From: Patescibacteria group bacterium
GTDB taxonomy: Bacteria; Patescibacteriota; Gracilibacteria; UBA1369; PNNO01
Length of the DNA: 64,000 bases
Direction of reading: 5' to 3'
Assembly (NCBI GenBank): GCA_042568575.1
Contig: JBHPIO010000005.1
Location: 1 to 64,000, forward strand
The position numbers and the translations under genes are program-made. Within the stretch, counting starts at the first letter, position 1. The number at the start of each line of letters is the position of its first letter. Below the pieces are notes generated by a model. It was not told where the DNA came from, did no database searches, and saw nothing but the letters and a program-made list of their open reading frames with translations. Positions 34,860 to 45,105 of the stretch are shown here, piece after piece.

Positions 34860-36041
34860 AAGTACGTATTTATATTAGGAAGGAAGTGGATGCTTGCAGC
34901 AGCTGAGATTAAGGCAGTGTTTGGGGATGCTTTCGTTACCGCATTCAATGAATTTGCGATTTGTGAGTTTGATAAGCCTTTAAAGGATCCTCAGATTGTT
35001 CTGGATAAACTTGGTGGAACTATAAAAATTGGTGAAATTGTTGATGAAGTTCCTGGTGTGAAGCATCTTGATTCTGCGATTATTGATTATTTGAGCAGTG
35101 TACGTGATGGAAAGATCCAATTTGCCATTTCTCTCTATAATATGACAGATGGATATAAAAATACTCTAAAAAAATTATTAAGAAATGTGAAAGACGGGTT
35201 GCGCGAAAGTGGTTCAGGAAAGGTGCGTTTTTACAACAAACCTGATCAAAACATAAAAAGTGTAGTTATTCATGAGGAAAATTTGGCACAAAAGGGGACT
35301 GATATTTCTGTTATGCGTGATAGTGGAAGGCATTACATTGCTCGCACGGTTGCGGTTCAAAATTTCAAAAAATATTCGATTCGTGACTATGATCGCCCTG
35401 CAAAAGATGCAAAGAGTGGAATGTTACCGCCTAAACTTGCTCAAATAATGATTAATTTGGCGTGCAAGGGTAGGGATGATGCTGTGATTTACGATCCTTT
35501 TTGTGGAAGTGGAACGGTTTTGATGGAAGGAGCCTTAATGGGACATAAAGTTATTGGCAGTGATATAAGTAATAAGGCGATTTTGGATAGTCAGAAGAAT
35601 TTAAAGTGGCTTTCTGAGCAATTTAAAGTTGATTTGGGACTTGTGCGTAATATTTTTGTGAAGGATGCGACTAAGGTTGTTCTTGAAGATTTGCCTGAGC
35701 GGCCTGATTTTATTGTTGGCGAGACGTATTTGGGGCCTCCTTTGTTCAAATTGCCATCTCCAGATGAAATAAAGAAGAATTTTAGCGAAATTGAAGGGAT
35801 TGTTCTTGGTTCGCTAAAGCAGTTCAAGAATATTGCTGCAAAAGGTGGGTCGATTGTTCTGGCAGTACCTTTTTATCGTTATAGAGGGGGAAAACATTTT
35901 TTGGATAATTTAGTTGAGAAAGCTGGTGAGCTTGGAATTGTTGTTGATAACCTACCAAATGGCAGCAAAAGAGGTTCACTTTTGTATGATAGGAAAGATC
36001 AAGTTGTTGGTAGAGAGATATTTCGTTTTAAAATAAGTTGA
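34854..36041 (+). CDS. TRM11-like SAM-dependent RNA methyltransferase
   Basis: 'RDYDRP..DAKSGMLPPKLAQIMINL', 'YDPFCGSGTVLMEG', 'ETYLGPP'. Confidence 0.85.
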   Translation: MHKYVFILGRKWMLAAAEIKAVFGDAFVTAFNEFAICEFDKPLKDPQIVLDKLGGTIKIGEIVDEVPGVKHLDSAIIDYLSSVRDGKIQFAISLYNMTDGYKNTLKKLLRNVKDGLRESGSGKVRFYNKPDQNIKSVVIHEENLAQKGTDISVMRDSGRHYIARTVAVQNFKKYSIRDYDRPAKDAKSGMLPPKLAQIMINLACKGRDDAVIYDPFCGSGTVLMEGALMGHKVIGSDISNKAILDSQKNLKWLSEQFKVDLGLVRNIFVKDATKVVLEDLPERPDFIVGETYLGPPLFKLPSPDEIKKNFSEIEGIVLGSLKQFKNIAAKGGSIVLAVPFYRYRGGKHFLDNLVEKAGELGIVVDNLPNGSKRGSLLYDRKDQVVGREIFRFKIS

Positions 36042-36066
36042 AAAGATTAATCGTTTCGTTTATATT
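36038..36066 (+). promoter_or_regulatory. Putative tRNA promoter
   Basis: TTGAAA-17 bp-TATATT upstream of tRNA-Asn. Confidence 0.45.
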
Positions 36067-36105
36067 GTTGTAGCTTTGAAAAATTCAGTTCTTTTAAATT
36101 ATCGT

Positions 36106-36180
36106 TCCCGGGTAGCTCAATGGTAGAGCACCTGGCTGTTAACCAGGTTGTTGGCGGTTCGAGCCCGCCCCCGGGAGCCA
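36106..36180 (+). tRNA. trnN: tRNA-Asn (GTT)
   Basis: Acceptor TCCCGGG/CCCGGGA, D-arm GCTC/GAGC, anticodon stem CCTGG-CTGTTAA-CCAGG, T-arm GGCGG-TTCGAGC-CCGCC and encoded CCA. Confidence 0.98.
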
Positions 36181-36268
36181 ATTGAATTAGAGCTGAGCAA
36201 GGAGTGTAACGACACAGCGAAGCCTAAGATCTTGGCATCCACCGAAGGTGGTAGTCAAACTAAGATTT

Positions 36269-36292
36269 ACGGCTCGTTTAAGCCGTTTTTTT
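36269..36292 (+). terminator. Intrinsic terminator after the tRNA
   Basis: ACGGCT-loop-AGCCGT followed by a T-run. Confidence 0.7.
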
Positions 36293-36332
36293 CAATATGC
36301 TATAATTGATGCAATTATTTAATCTAAAAGTT

Positions 36333-36521
36333 ATGAAAAAGTGTATTCCTAAATGTAGTTCTGCTTGCGGTGCTTATGGTCTAGGATTTATTGGTGCAGC
36401 AGTTTTTTACATTGGTAGTGCAACATCTTTTTGGGTGGGAGTTTTAGGTTTCCTAAAAGCTATTGTTTGGCCAGCATTTTTGGTTCACATGGCATTTGAA
36501 TTTTTTACTAAGGCGATGTAA
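36333..36521 (+). CDS. Small conserved membrane protein
   Basis: 'AYGLGFIGAAVFYI..ATSFWVGVLGFLKAIVWPAFLV'. ATG at 36333 preferred. Confidence 0.7.
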   Translation: MKKCIPKCSSACGAYGLGFIGAAVFYIGSATSFWVGVLGFLKAIVWPAFLVHMAFEFFTKAM

Positions 36522-36522
36522 A

Positions 36523-38670
36523 TTACTCCTTAAAACGTTTAACTCTTAAGCTGTTTGTTATAACAGATACAGAGCTCATCGACATGGCAAAACTTGCGAA
36601 GACCGGGCTTAATAGGCCGAAACCTGCAATTGGTATACCTATAATATTATAGATAAAGGCCCAGAATAAGTTTTGTTTAATTGCAGAAAATGTTCGTTGA
36701 GAAAGCTTTATTGCTGTATAAACTTTTGCTGGTGATCCTTGCATAATTACAATGTTTCCGGTCTCTATTGCTACGTCTGTACCTGTTCCGAGTGCAACTC
36801 CTAAATCTGATTGTGCGAGAGCAGGTGCATCGTTAATACCGTCTCCAACAAAGGCGATTTTCTTACCTTCGTCTTGTAATCTTTTGATTTCCTTTGCTTT
36901 ATGTTCGGGTAAAACCTCGGCAATAACATTTTCTATGTTTAACTCTTTTGCAATAGCTTGTGCTGCTATTTTGTTGTCTCCTGTAATCATTATTATTTCT
37001 ATATTCATTGTTTTTAGCGATTCGACAGCTTTTTTTGAATCTTCCTTAATAGTGTCCATTAAGCCAAGAATTCCAATTAATTTATCACCATGAGAAACAA
37101 AGATTGGAGTTTTCCCTTCTTCAGAAAGTTTATTTACAGCCTTTCTATGATTATCACTAATTTCGATATTATTTTCAGCAATAATTTTTTCATTTCCCAG
37201 ACTTAGTTTAGTTTTATGTTCTTTGCAACTTGCAACAACTCCTTTTCCTCTAATTTCTTTGAAATCAACAAGGTCTGCTTTTGGTGAATTCTTCTTTTCT
37301 CCAAATTTCGCAATTGCTTGCGAAAGGGGATGGCTAGACATCTTTGAAAGACTATATGAAATTTTTAGAAGTTTTTCTTCAGGAAAATCAAAGGGGACAA
37401 GATCTGTGACTTTTGGTTTTCCTTCAGTTAGGGTTCCTGTTTTGTCAAAAATAACTACATCAATTTTATTAGACTTTTCTAATGTTTCACCATTTTTAAT
37501 AAGAATACCTTTCTTTGCTCCAACGCCGGTTCCAACCATAATTGCAGTTGGAGTTGCAAGTCCAAGCGCACATGGACAAGCAATAACAAGAACAGCAACT
37601 GCAGGCAAAATGCTGGAGTCGATATCACCGGTAAAGAGCATCCATACAGTAAATGTAATTACTGCAATAATAATTACTGTAGGAACAAAAATACTAGCCA
37701 CTTTGTCACTCAGCTTTTGGATTGGAGCTTTAGACATTTGAGCTTCTTCTACCATTTGAATGATTCGAGAAAGAACGGTATCTCCTTTAATTTTGGTTAC
37801 TTCGATTTTCAAATTCCCATTTTCGTTTAGTGTAGCTCCGAAAACATCGTCACCTTCTTTTTTATCAGCAGGAATGCTTTCACCCGTTAACATGCTTTCA
37901 TCAAGTGAAGCTTCTCCTGAAATAATTTTGCCATCTAAAGGAATTTTTTCGCCGGCCTTTACGTGCAAAACATCGCCAACTTTAACTTCTTCCAGAGGGA
38001 TTTCGATTTCTTTGCCATCTCTTATTACACGCGCATTCTTGGCTCCAAGTTCTAGCAGTTTTTTTAGAGCATTACTGGCTTTTCCTTTACTAATTGCTTC
38101 AAGCCATTTACCGAGATTAATCAAAGTGATAATCGCAGCAGCAGCTTCAAAATATACGTGGTGCCCTGTAAACATTGCCCAAACACTATAAAATAATGAA
38201 GATAGCGTACCTAACGAAACTAAACTATCCATATTTGATGTAAAATGGATCAGTTTTTTGGCTGCATTTCTATGAAAATGAAAACCAAATACGAATACGA
38301 CAATTGCGGTGAGTAGGGCATAGACCCACATTGGTAACAATTCTGGCCAAATCATCATGCTGAAAACAGGTACAGTAAAAATTGCGGCACCAATGAATCT
38401 ATTCCGTGCAGTTTTTGTTTCTTCCATAGTTTCTTTACCCATATCAATTGTTTTTCCGGTAATTTCGTAAGCTCCATAACCAGCATGCTCAACTGCTTTA
38501 ATTATTTCTTCAATATTTGTTGTTTTTTCATCAAATTCTACTTGAGCTTTATTGTTTGCTATGTTTACTTGTGCGTTTTTAACACCTTTAACTTCCAAAA
38601 CAGCGCTTTCGTTTAGTTTGGCACAACTTCCACATGTCATGCCTGTTATTTTTAAATGTATTGTTTTCAT
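36523..38670 (-). CDS. copA: Cu(I)-translocating P1B-type ATPase
   Basis: HMA GMTCGSC, CPC, DKTGTLT, HP, GDGINDAPAL, YN and MSMSS. Confidence 0.95.
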   Translation of the reverse strand: MKTIHLKITGMTCGSCAKLNESAVLEVKGVKNAQVNIANNKAQVEFDEKTTNIEEIIKAVEHAGYGAYEITGKTIDMGKETMEETKTARNRFIGAAIFTVPVFSMMIWPELLPMWVYALLTAIVVFVFGFHFHRNAAKKLIHFTSNMDSLVSLGTLSSLFYSVWAMFTGHHVYFEAAAAIITLINLGKWLEAISKGKASNALKKLLELGAKNARVIRDGKEIEIPLEEVKVGDVLHVKAGEKIPLDGKIISGEASLDESMLTGESIPADKKEGDDVFGATLNENGNLKIEVTKIKGDTVLSRIIQMVEEAQMSKAPIQKLSDKVASIFVPTVIIIAVITFTVWMLFTGDIDSSILPAVAVLVIACPCALGLATPTAIMVGTGVGAKKGILIKNGETLEKSNKIDVVIFDKTGTLTEGKPKVTDLVPFDFPEEKLLKISYSLSKMSSHPLSQAIAKFGEKKNSPKADLVDFKEIRGKGVVASCKEHKTKLSLGNEKIIAENNIEISDNHRKAVNKLSEEGKTPIFVSHGDKLIGILGLMDTIKEDSKKAVESLKTMNIEIIMITGDNKIAAQAIAKELNIENVIAEVLPEHKAKEIKRLQDEGKKIAFVGDGINDAPALAQSDLGVALGTGTDVAIETGNIVIMQGSPAKVYTAIKLSQRTFSAIKQNLFWAFIYNIIGIPIAGFGLLSPVFASFAMSMSSVSVITNSLRVKRFKE

Positions 38671-38683
38671 ATATTTAGGTTAT

Positions 38684-40021
38684 TTATTCAACGACTATAA
38701 ATTTGCCACCAAGCATTCCCATCCAACATGTAAATGGAATAACGCCTGTTTCTTCAGGTGTAAATTCAACAATATTTATTCCTTTTTCGATTTTTTTACT
38801 CATATCTAATCTTGGTATAGCAATTTCGTTTGAACAACCGGAAATATTTATACCTTCAATCTCCCATCTAACTGGTACACCTTTTTTAACAACAAATTCA
38901 TTGGGTTCAAACCCCCAATCAACATCCATTTTAATAACTTGAACACCGTCTTCAACGAATGATTCGACCCCATCTCCTCCTTTATTCCAAAAATCTAAAG
39001 TAAAATTTGATCCTGATAAAACTAATCCTGAATTAAGTGAATAAACTGCAAAAATAATAACTATTACACCAATTAATCTGTTAACAAATTTGAATTTACT
39101 CTTTTTTGCGTATGAAGATCCAAGGCCTAATGAAAATAGAGCAGGAAATGTTCCAATAGCAAAAGCTCCCATAATTAATGCCCCCGTAAAGAAACTTCCT
39201 GATGCAATTGCAGTTACCTGCATTGATTGCGTGAAACCACATGGTAAAAGAAAAGTTAGGACACCTATTAACATTGGTGTTAATGGATGATTCTTTTCTT
39301 CTAGTGAATTGATTTTTTTTGATAAACCTTTCGGCAAATGAAATCCGAGCTTAGTAATGCTGGGTACAATGTCGATTATTTGAAGTCCTATATATAACAT
39401 TATTATTGCGACAACAATCGTAAGGTAACCTGTAAACGAAAGTGAGTAATTTATTTTGCTGCCGATCAAGCCTAAAATTCCACCCAAAATTGCGAATCCG
39501 ACGATTCTACCAATATGAAAATAGATATGAGGTAATGATCTTGAAACCCAAGGATGCTTTGCATCTTCTTTAACCTGATACATGTTTCCAAAACTTAGAA
39601 CAATTCCACCTACGAGAATTAAACATGTGGATAGAGAGGCAACCACGCCCAATAGCAAGGCAACAAATATTCCAGCGTTACTACCAAATTCTGGGAAAAA
39701 GCGTGTAATTTCAAGTCTTTGAAGAAGATAAGCAATTGCTGCAACTCCAAAGAAAATTACAAAGATTTGAGCATAGTCATCTAAATTATTTTTCTTTTTC
39801 TCGTATTTTTCTTCATCTTTTTTGACTATATGATAGCCGCATTTTTGTACGATTTTTTTTATGTCTTTATATGGCACTTTGCCCTCACATTCGACATTAA
39901 GGGTGCCTTTGCGATGAGATATTTCGCATTTTGAGATGCTTTCTACTTTCATTAGTTCTTTTTCGAGAATGAGTTCGCAGCTTGCACAGTACATTCCTTT
40001 TATATGTATTGTTGGATTCAT
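38684..40021 (-). CDS. HMA + DsbD_2/TauE-like membrane domain + cupredoxin protein
   Basis: GMYCASC, STC...LPCGF membrane region and C-terminal 'FTCWMGM'. Confidence 0.85.
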   Translation of the reverse strand: MNPTIHIKGMYCASCELILEKELMKVESISKCEISHRKGTLNVECEGKVPYKDIKKIVQKCGYHIVKKDEEKYEKKKNNLDDYAQIFVIFFGVAAIAYLLQRLEITRFFPEFGSNAGIFVALLLGVVASLSTCLILVGGIVLSFGNMYQVKEDAKHPWVSRSLPHIYFHIGRIVGFAILGGILGLIGSKINYSLSFTGYLTIVVAIIMLYIGLQIIDIVPSITKLGFHLPKGLSKKINSLEEKNHPLTPMLIGVLTFLLPCGFTQSMQVTAIASGSFFTGALIMGAFAIGTFPALFSLGLGSSYAKKSKFKFVNRLIGVIVIIFAVYSLNSGLVLSGSNFTLDFWNKGGDGVESFVEDGVQVIKMDVDWGFEPNEFVVKKGVPVRWEIEGINISGCSNEIAIPRLDMSKKIEKGINIVEFTPEETGVIPFTCWMGMLGGKFIVVE

Positions 40022-40031
40022 AATTAGAGAG

Positions 40032-40307
40032 TTATTTTTTTTGAGCTGTATTCATTACAAGAAGTAATTCCTGCATCATTTCATTTAATCGTTTTGGATT
40101 TTTTTCTTTTGCAGCATTTTTTACGCAATGACCAATATGCCCTTCGAGCAAAGTAAGATTCGCTGACTTTAATAATCCAATGATAGCTAGATTTTGCTGG
40201 ATTACATCAATGCAATATTTGTCATTTTCAAGCATTTGAAGGACTTTCTCGGTCAAACTTTTTGCTTTTTTCATTGCGATGGTTACTTTTGGAGTGTTGT
40301 GTGCCAT
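40032..40307 (-). CDS. csoR: CsoR/RcnR-family metal-sensing repressor
   Basis: 'KYCIDVIQQ..A..GLL.......EGHIGHCV', giving the Cys-His-Cys set. Confidence 0.88.
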   Translation of the reverse strand: MAHNTPKVTIAMKKAKSLTEKVLQMLENDKYCIDVIQQNLAIIGLLKSANLTLLEGHIGHCVKNAAKEKNPKRLNEMMQELLLVMNTAQKK

Positions 40308-40327
40308 ATATTTTTTGTTAAATGTTG

Positions 40328-40352
40328 ATACCTATACCTAGGGTGTAGGTAT
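40328..40352. promoter_or_regulatory. Probable CsoR operator
   Basis: Near-perfect palindrome ATACCTATACCTAGGGTGTAGGTAT 20 bp upstream of csoR, matching the TACC...GGTA CsoR pattern. Confidence 0.75.
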
Positions 40353-40473
40353 ATTGTATCAAGTTGGAAAATGTATTGCAAGTTTAAAAACACTTTCATT
40401 TTAAAACTAGTATTTAAACTTTTTATGAACTCTGTTATGGTGCTATGGAAAAATAATTTTTTAAAGATAAGAT

Positions 40474-42006
40474 ATGGTTACGTTTGAACTGATTGCTGTA
40501 ATTGCCCTTGTACTACTGGCGTTTGGCGATCTTATTGTTGGTGTCGTAAATGACGCTGTGAATTTTCTAAACTCTGCTATTGGTGCAAAAGTAGCAAAAA
40601 TGAGTACGATAATGATAATTGCTGCGATTGGGATTATTATTGGTGCAACTTTTTCTGATGGAATTATCGAAGTTGCAAGAAAGGGGATTTTTTTCCCGGA
40701 AATGTTCTCTTTGAATGAGGCGATTATTATTTTTACTGCCGTAGCAATTACAGATATTGTTTTATTAGACTTATATTCGACATTTGGACTTCCAACATCC
40801 ACAACAGTATCGATTGTATTCGAACTTTTAGGTGCAGCTTTTGTTTTGGCATGGTGGAAGATGGGGGATTTTAATGAAGCCTGGACAGTAATTAACAATG
40901 CATCGGCAATTAAAATTATAGTTGGGATATTACTCTCCGTGGCAGTGGCGTTTGCGATTGGATTTGTCGGTCAGGTTCTTACAAGGATGATTTTTACCTT
41001 TGATTATAAAAAGCGTTTAAATCGATGGGGATTTTTATGGAGTGGAGTCGCTTTAACATGTCTTTTATTTTTCATCATTTTAAAAGGTGGAAAACATGCG
41101 ACTTTTATGACAGGTGATGTGAAAGAATGGATAAATCTGAATTATATGAATGTTCTTTATGGGGCGTTTATCTTTTTTTCATTGTTGTCTTTGATACTAA
41201 TTAAGTTAAAGGTAAATATTTTGAAAGTTATTGTGCTTGTTGGAACAGGTTCACTTGCAATGGCATTTGCGGGAAACGATTTAGCAAACTTCATTGGAGT
41301 TTCAATTGCGGGTGTGCACGCATTTCTTGGATCTGACCTTTCTGGAAGTCTTCCAACACCGAGTTGGGTTTTGCTTTTGGCTGGATTAGTTATGGCTGCA
41401 TCGATGTTTCTATCGCGGAAGGCACAGACTGTTGTATCCACATCTGTTGATTTAACAAGTCACGACAAGCAGGTGATGGAGAAATGGAATCCGAGTATCT
41501 TTGTGAAGAAATTTACAGAGCTTGTTATGTTTTTATACAAATTACTTCTTTATATAACTCCGAAGGGACTAAAAAAATGGTTTGCGAAAAGATGGGAAAC
41601 TAAAAACGGTCATATGCATAAAGGTTCTGCTTTTGATTCATTGCGAGCAGCGGTTAATTTAATAATTGCAGCTGTGGTGATTTCTTTTGCAACATCAATG
41701 AAACTGCCATTATCAACCACATACGTCACTTTTATGGTTGCTATGGGTACTGCCCTTGCAGATGGAGCGTGGGACGGCGCTTGTGCACCTTACAGGCTCT
41801 CAGGAATTATAACTGTAGTTGGAGGATGGTTTTTTACAGCGCTTCTTGCATTTATATTAGCTGGAGTTACGGTTAGCATTTTGTTTTTAACAAAAATATA
41901 CGGATTAGCGTTATTAATTCTGGTGGTTTTTGTAATGATTTATAAACTTTTCCATGTTCACAAGAGACGACATGCGAAAGTTAATCAGCAGCAGGAGTTG
42001 TTTTAG
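40474..42006 (+). CDS. Inorganic phosphate transporter (PiT family)
   Basis: GVVNDAVN, GLPTSTT, FAGNDLAN and LPLSTT signatures. Confidence 0.88.
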   Translation: MVTFELIAVIALVLLAFGDLIVGVVNDAVNFLNSAIGAKVAKMSTIMIIAAIGIIIGATFSDGIIEVARKGIFFPEMFSLNEAIIIFTAVAITDIVLLDLYSTFGLPTSTTVSIVFELLGAAFVLAWWKMGDFNEAWTVINNASAIKIIVGILLSVAVAFAIGFVGQVLTRMIFTFDYKKRLNRWGFLWSGVALTCLLFFIILKGGKHATFMTGDVKEWINLNYMNVLYGAFIFFSLLSLILIKLKVNILKVIVLVGTGSLAMAFAGNDLANFIGVSIAGVHAFLGSDLSGSLPTPSWVLLLAGLVMAASMFLSRKAQTVVSTSVDLTSHDKQVMEKWNPSIFVKKFTELVMFLYKLLLYITPKGLKKWFAKRWETKNGHMHKGSAFDSLRAAVNLIIAAVVISFATSMKLPLSTTYVTFMVAMGTALADGAWDGACAPYRLSGIITVVGGWFFTALLAFILAGVTVSILFLTKIYGLALLILVVFVMIYKLFHVHKRRHAKVNQQQELF

Positions 42007-43763
42007 GTAACATAACCTCCACTTTGAAGGTCCCAAAGCTTTTTATATAACCCGGTGTCGTTTGATATTAAATCAGAATGTGTACCTTGTTCAGCAATTT
42101 TCCCATCTTGGAAAACAATAATTCTATCCATTTTCATAATTGTTGATAAACGATGCGCAATTACTAAAGTAGTTTTATTTTTCATCAAATTCCCAAGAGC
42201 TTCCTGAATTTGACTTTCAGAATGAGAATCCAGACTGCTTGTTGCTTCATCCAAAATTAAAATTGGACTGTTTGCTAAAATTGCTCGTGCAATAGCTACT
42301 CTTTGACGTTCTCCGCCCGAGAGTTTTATACCTCTTTCTCCAACAAACGTATCATATCTTTTAGGAAAACCCATTATGAATTCATGACATTTAGCGAGCT
42401 TAGCAGCAGCCATTACTTCTTTGTCAGTTGCATCCCTTCGTCCGTATCTTATATTTTCAAACAATGTTCTATGAAATAATATTGGATCTTGAGGAACCAG
42501 ACTAATTTGAGATCTAAGACTGTCTTGAGTAACGCTTTTAATATTTTGATCGTCAATTAAAATTTTACCCCTTTGAATATCAAAGAATCTTAAAATCAAT
42601 TTTGTGACTGTTGATTTCCCACCTCCAGATGGTCCAACTAATGCTATTTTTTCACCGGGTTTAATTTTAAGAGATAAATTGTTAATAACTTTTGTAGTAT
42701 TGTCGTAGGCAAATCTAACTTTTTCAAATTCAATTTTTCCTCTAACTACGCTAAGGGTTTTAGCGTCTTTTTTATCTTCAATTTCGAATTTTGTGTTGAG
42801 GATTTCAGTCATTTCTTCTGCATCTGCAAGGTCGCGGAATACATTTCTCATAATTCTTCCAAATCCCCATATCTTTTCAAAAAGTGATATTAAATATGCT
42901 TGGATCCAAATGAAATCACCTGCAGTAAGTGTCCCTTCTGCCCAATATTTGATCGCAATAAAAAATACAACAAATTCCAAAGCGATGATTGCAAAATGCT
43001 GAATTGCCCTTGCGAGTTCATCTAAATTCCATGATTTGCGGGTTTTCTTAACCCAGTTGTCAATAATTCCTGCGAACTTTTTAACTTCATATTTAAGACC
43101 AGCAAAGAGTTTGATTGTAATTGAATTTGTGATTGTATCTGCAAGTTGAGCAGTTGTCTTTGTATCTGCTTTGGCTTTTGCAATATCATATTTCCACTTA
43201 TATCGACTGAATAATAAGTTGAAAAACAAGAATAAAAATGTCCACACAATCATTACGATTCCTAAAAGAGGTTTAATTAGAAATAGGACTATAAAGATTA
43301 CGATTACTTTAAGTGCAAGAGGTACAAGTTCGTAATATACGTTGTCAGCAATGTTTTCGAAAGCGCGTACTATCCTGTTAATTTTTTTAACTAAAGATCC
43401 CGAAAAATTATTAGTAAAAAATTTGTAGGAGTGGTTATGCAATTGTTCAAAACATTCGTTTGCTATGTTTCCCATCACTTTTGATTGAAGTTTAATACTG
43501 CCAATTACGGCAATTCTCCAAAATAGCCACTCCAAAAAGTGGAATCCAAAAATTACAGCAATTACACCAACTAATGTATTTACAATTTCGCTTTTTGCCC
43601 CTTCATCTACGATTAAATCAAACAAGACTTTGTAGAAATAAGGAGCAATTAAACTAGCTGCGGTTGCACCTAGAAGTACAATTACCAAAAGAACCGTAAG
43701 AAATCTAAATTTTTTTACGTGTTTCCAGTAAAACTTGAATGTTCTCCTTGTGTTGAGTTGCAT
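42003..43763 (-). CDS. ABC exporter, fused permease and ATPase
   Basis: N-terminal TMs, GPSGGGKST, LSGGERQR, ILDEATS, IAHRLST. Confidence 0.93.
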   Translation of the reverse strand: MQLNTRRTFKFYWKHVKKFRFLTVLLVIVLLGATAASLIAPYFYKVLFDLIVDEGAKSEIVNTLVGVIAVIFGFHFLEWLFWRIAVIGSIKLQSKVMGNIANECFEQLHNHSYKFFTNNFSGSLVKKINRIVRAFENIADNVYYELVPLALKVIVIFIVLFLIKPLLGIVMIVWTFLFLFFNLLFSRYKWKYDIAKAKADTKTTAQLADTITNSITIKLFAGLKYEVKKFAGIIDNWVKKTRKSWNLDELARAIQHFAIIALEFVVFFIAIKYWAEGTLTAGDFIWIQAYLISLFEKIWGFGRIMRNVFRDLADAEEMTEILNTKFEIEDKKDAKTLSVVRGKIEFEKVRFAYDNTTKVINNLSLKIKPGEKIALVGPSGGGKSTVTKLILRFFDIQRGKILIDDQNIKSVTQDSLRSQISLVPQDPILFHRTLFENIRYGRRDATDKEVMAAAKLAKCHEFIMGFPKRYDTFVGERGIKLSGGERQRVAIARAILANSPILILDEATSSLDSHSESQIQEALGNLMKNKTTLVIAHRLSTIMKMDRIIVFQDGKIAEQGTHSDLISNDTGLYKKLWDLQSGGYVT

Positions 43764-43834
43764 AATTCTATTTATGGCATCAGTATAAGAAACGACAAAA
43801 CAAATTAGATGTTTCTCATATCTAACGAGCGCTT

Positions 43835-43863
43835 ATTCTAAAACAAAAGTAGAAGAAAGTCAA
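43835..43863 (-). promoter_or_regulatory. Sigma70-type promoter of the ABC exporter
   Basis: TTGACT-17 bp-TAGAAT, leaving a leader of about 65 nt. Confidence 0.55.
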
Positions 43864-43890
43864 ATTTGGTTTGGAAAATTACCATTCTTT

Positions 43891-45096
43891 CTAAAAAGGG
43901 GACATTGATGTTGGAAAAAATTCACCCCACTCTCCATCAACGGTCATTTTGTTAATAATTTTGCTTACAGTTTTTTCATATTCATCTTTCGAATATTTTT
44001 TATTTAGAATGCAATATTCATTATGACGTAAACCTGCACAACCAAAGCAGTTATCGCAAAAATCACAATTATCCAAATAAGTGGAATTAGATGAGGGCCA
44101 GCAACGGTTGCAGAATTTGAGATTAAATCCGTGCACCTCATAACTGTCATAACAAAGTTCAATTTCTCCTGAAAAAGAACAATCCATGCAATCTTTTGCT
44201 TTATCAAAAATATGATCGCAGTATCTTATGTCCTGACCGTTTCTAACATCAAACGACATGTGAATATTTTTGCTGTTCACAATAAAGTTACCAATAAAAT
44301 TTTCTGAATTTACTGCATGCACATATTTTTTTGGAACAAGTTTTGATAGTTTCTTAATTTTTTCAGTATAGTCTTCAATATTTTTTAGGTTTTTAATAAA
44401 CTCCTCATATTCCTTTCTTTTTACTGGTTTGTTAAATAAATAGTATTCTTTATGACGAAGCCCTATGCATCCAAAACAATTTTTGCATCCCTTTAAATCA
44501 ATACTTAAAAAGCAATCATTACATTGCTCACAATCCTGACAGTAAAAACAATTGTAACAATTGACGCAATCGGTACAGTTATATAGAAGTTCAGAGTTAT
44601 AACAGTATGAAGAATCTATTGTGTCTTTGCACTCATAAATCCAGTCACAATAATAGCAAGATTGATTTCTATCGCTTCCAAAAACAAGATAACAGTCCTT
44701 GTTTCCCATGCAGAAATTACAATACTCAGAGTTTTCAGCTTGAATATTATAAAGAGCCACTTTAGGAACCTTATTTAGTAATTCTTTCATCTGTTCTAGA
44801 AACGATTTGTGTAGATCTAGTTCTTGACCATAATCCAGCGCATTCCAATCATCATTCCACCAACATTTTTGACAATAAACTGGGAAAGATGTGTTTTTTT
44901 GATAAATCGATATGATTTTTTTATCACATAAATCACATTTTCGATGATATAAGTTGCGTTCATTTCTAAAAGTAAGTCTCCTTTCGTATCTGCATGAAGG
45001 GCATAGCTTAGGTTCTGGAATATCGATTTTTTTGTAAAAATCTTTATCTTTTTCAAGAATTTTAAAGTCTTTATTGCATTTATTACATCTCATCAT
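43891..45096 (-). CDS. Cys-rich zinc-ribbon/beta-helix-like protein (short paralogue)
   Basis: CxxC pairs, 'RNERNLYHRKC', 'VYCQKCWW', CxxC repeats; ends GEWGEFFP...SPF. Confidence 0.8.
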   Translation of the reverse strand: MMRCNKCNKDFKILEKDKDFYKKIDIPEPKLCPSCRYERRLTFRNERNLYHRKCDLCDKKIISIYQKNTSFPVYCQKCWWNDDWNALDYGQELDLHKSFLEQMKELLNKVPKVALYNIQAENSEYCNFCMGNKDCYLVFGSDRNQSCYYCDWIYECKDTIDSSYCYNSELLYNCTDCVNCYNCFYCQDCEQCNDCFLSIDLKGCKNCFGCIGLRHKEYYLFNKPVKRKEYEEFIKNLKNIEDYTEKIKKLSKLVPKKYVHAVNSENFIGNFIVNSKNIHMSFDVRNGQDIRYCDHIFDKAKDCMDCSFSGEIELCYDSYEVHGFNLKFCNRCWPSSNSTYLDNCDFCDNCFGCAGLRHNEYCILNKKYSKDEYEKTVSKIINKMTVDGEWGEFFPTSMSPF

Positions 45097-45105
45097 AGAA
45101 GAGAA

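Noticed and set aside
36160-36180. tRNA-Asn as integration site for the copper region
   Set aside because: I saw no duplicated tRNA 3' end and no integrase in the window.
36752-38191. Long plus-strand ORFs opposite copA
   Set aside because: Typical antisense shadows of a conserved P-type ATPase.
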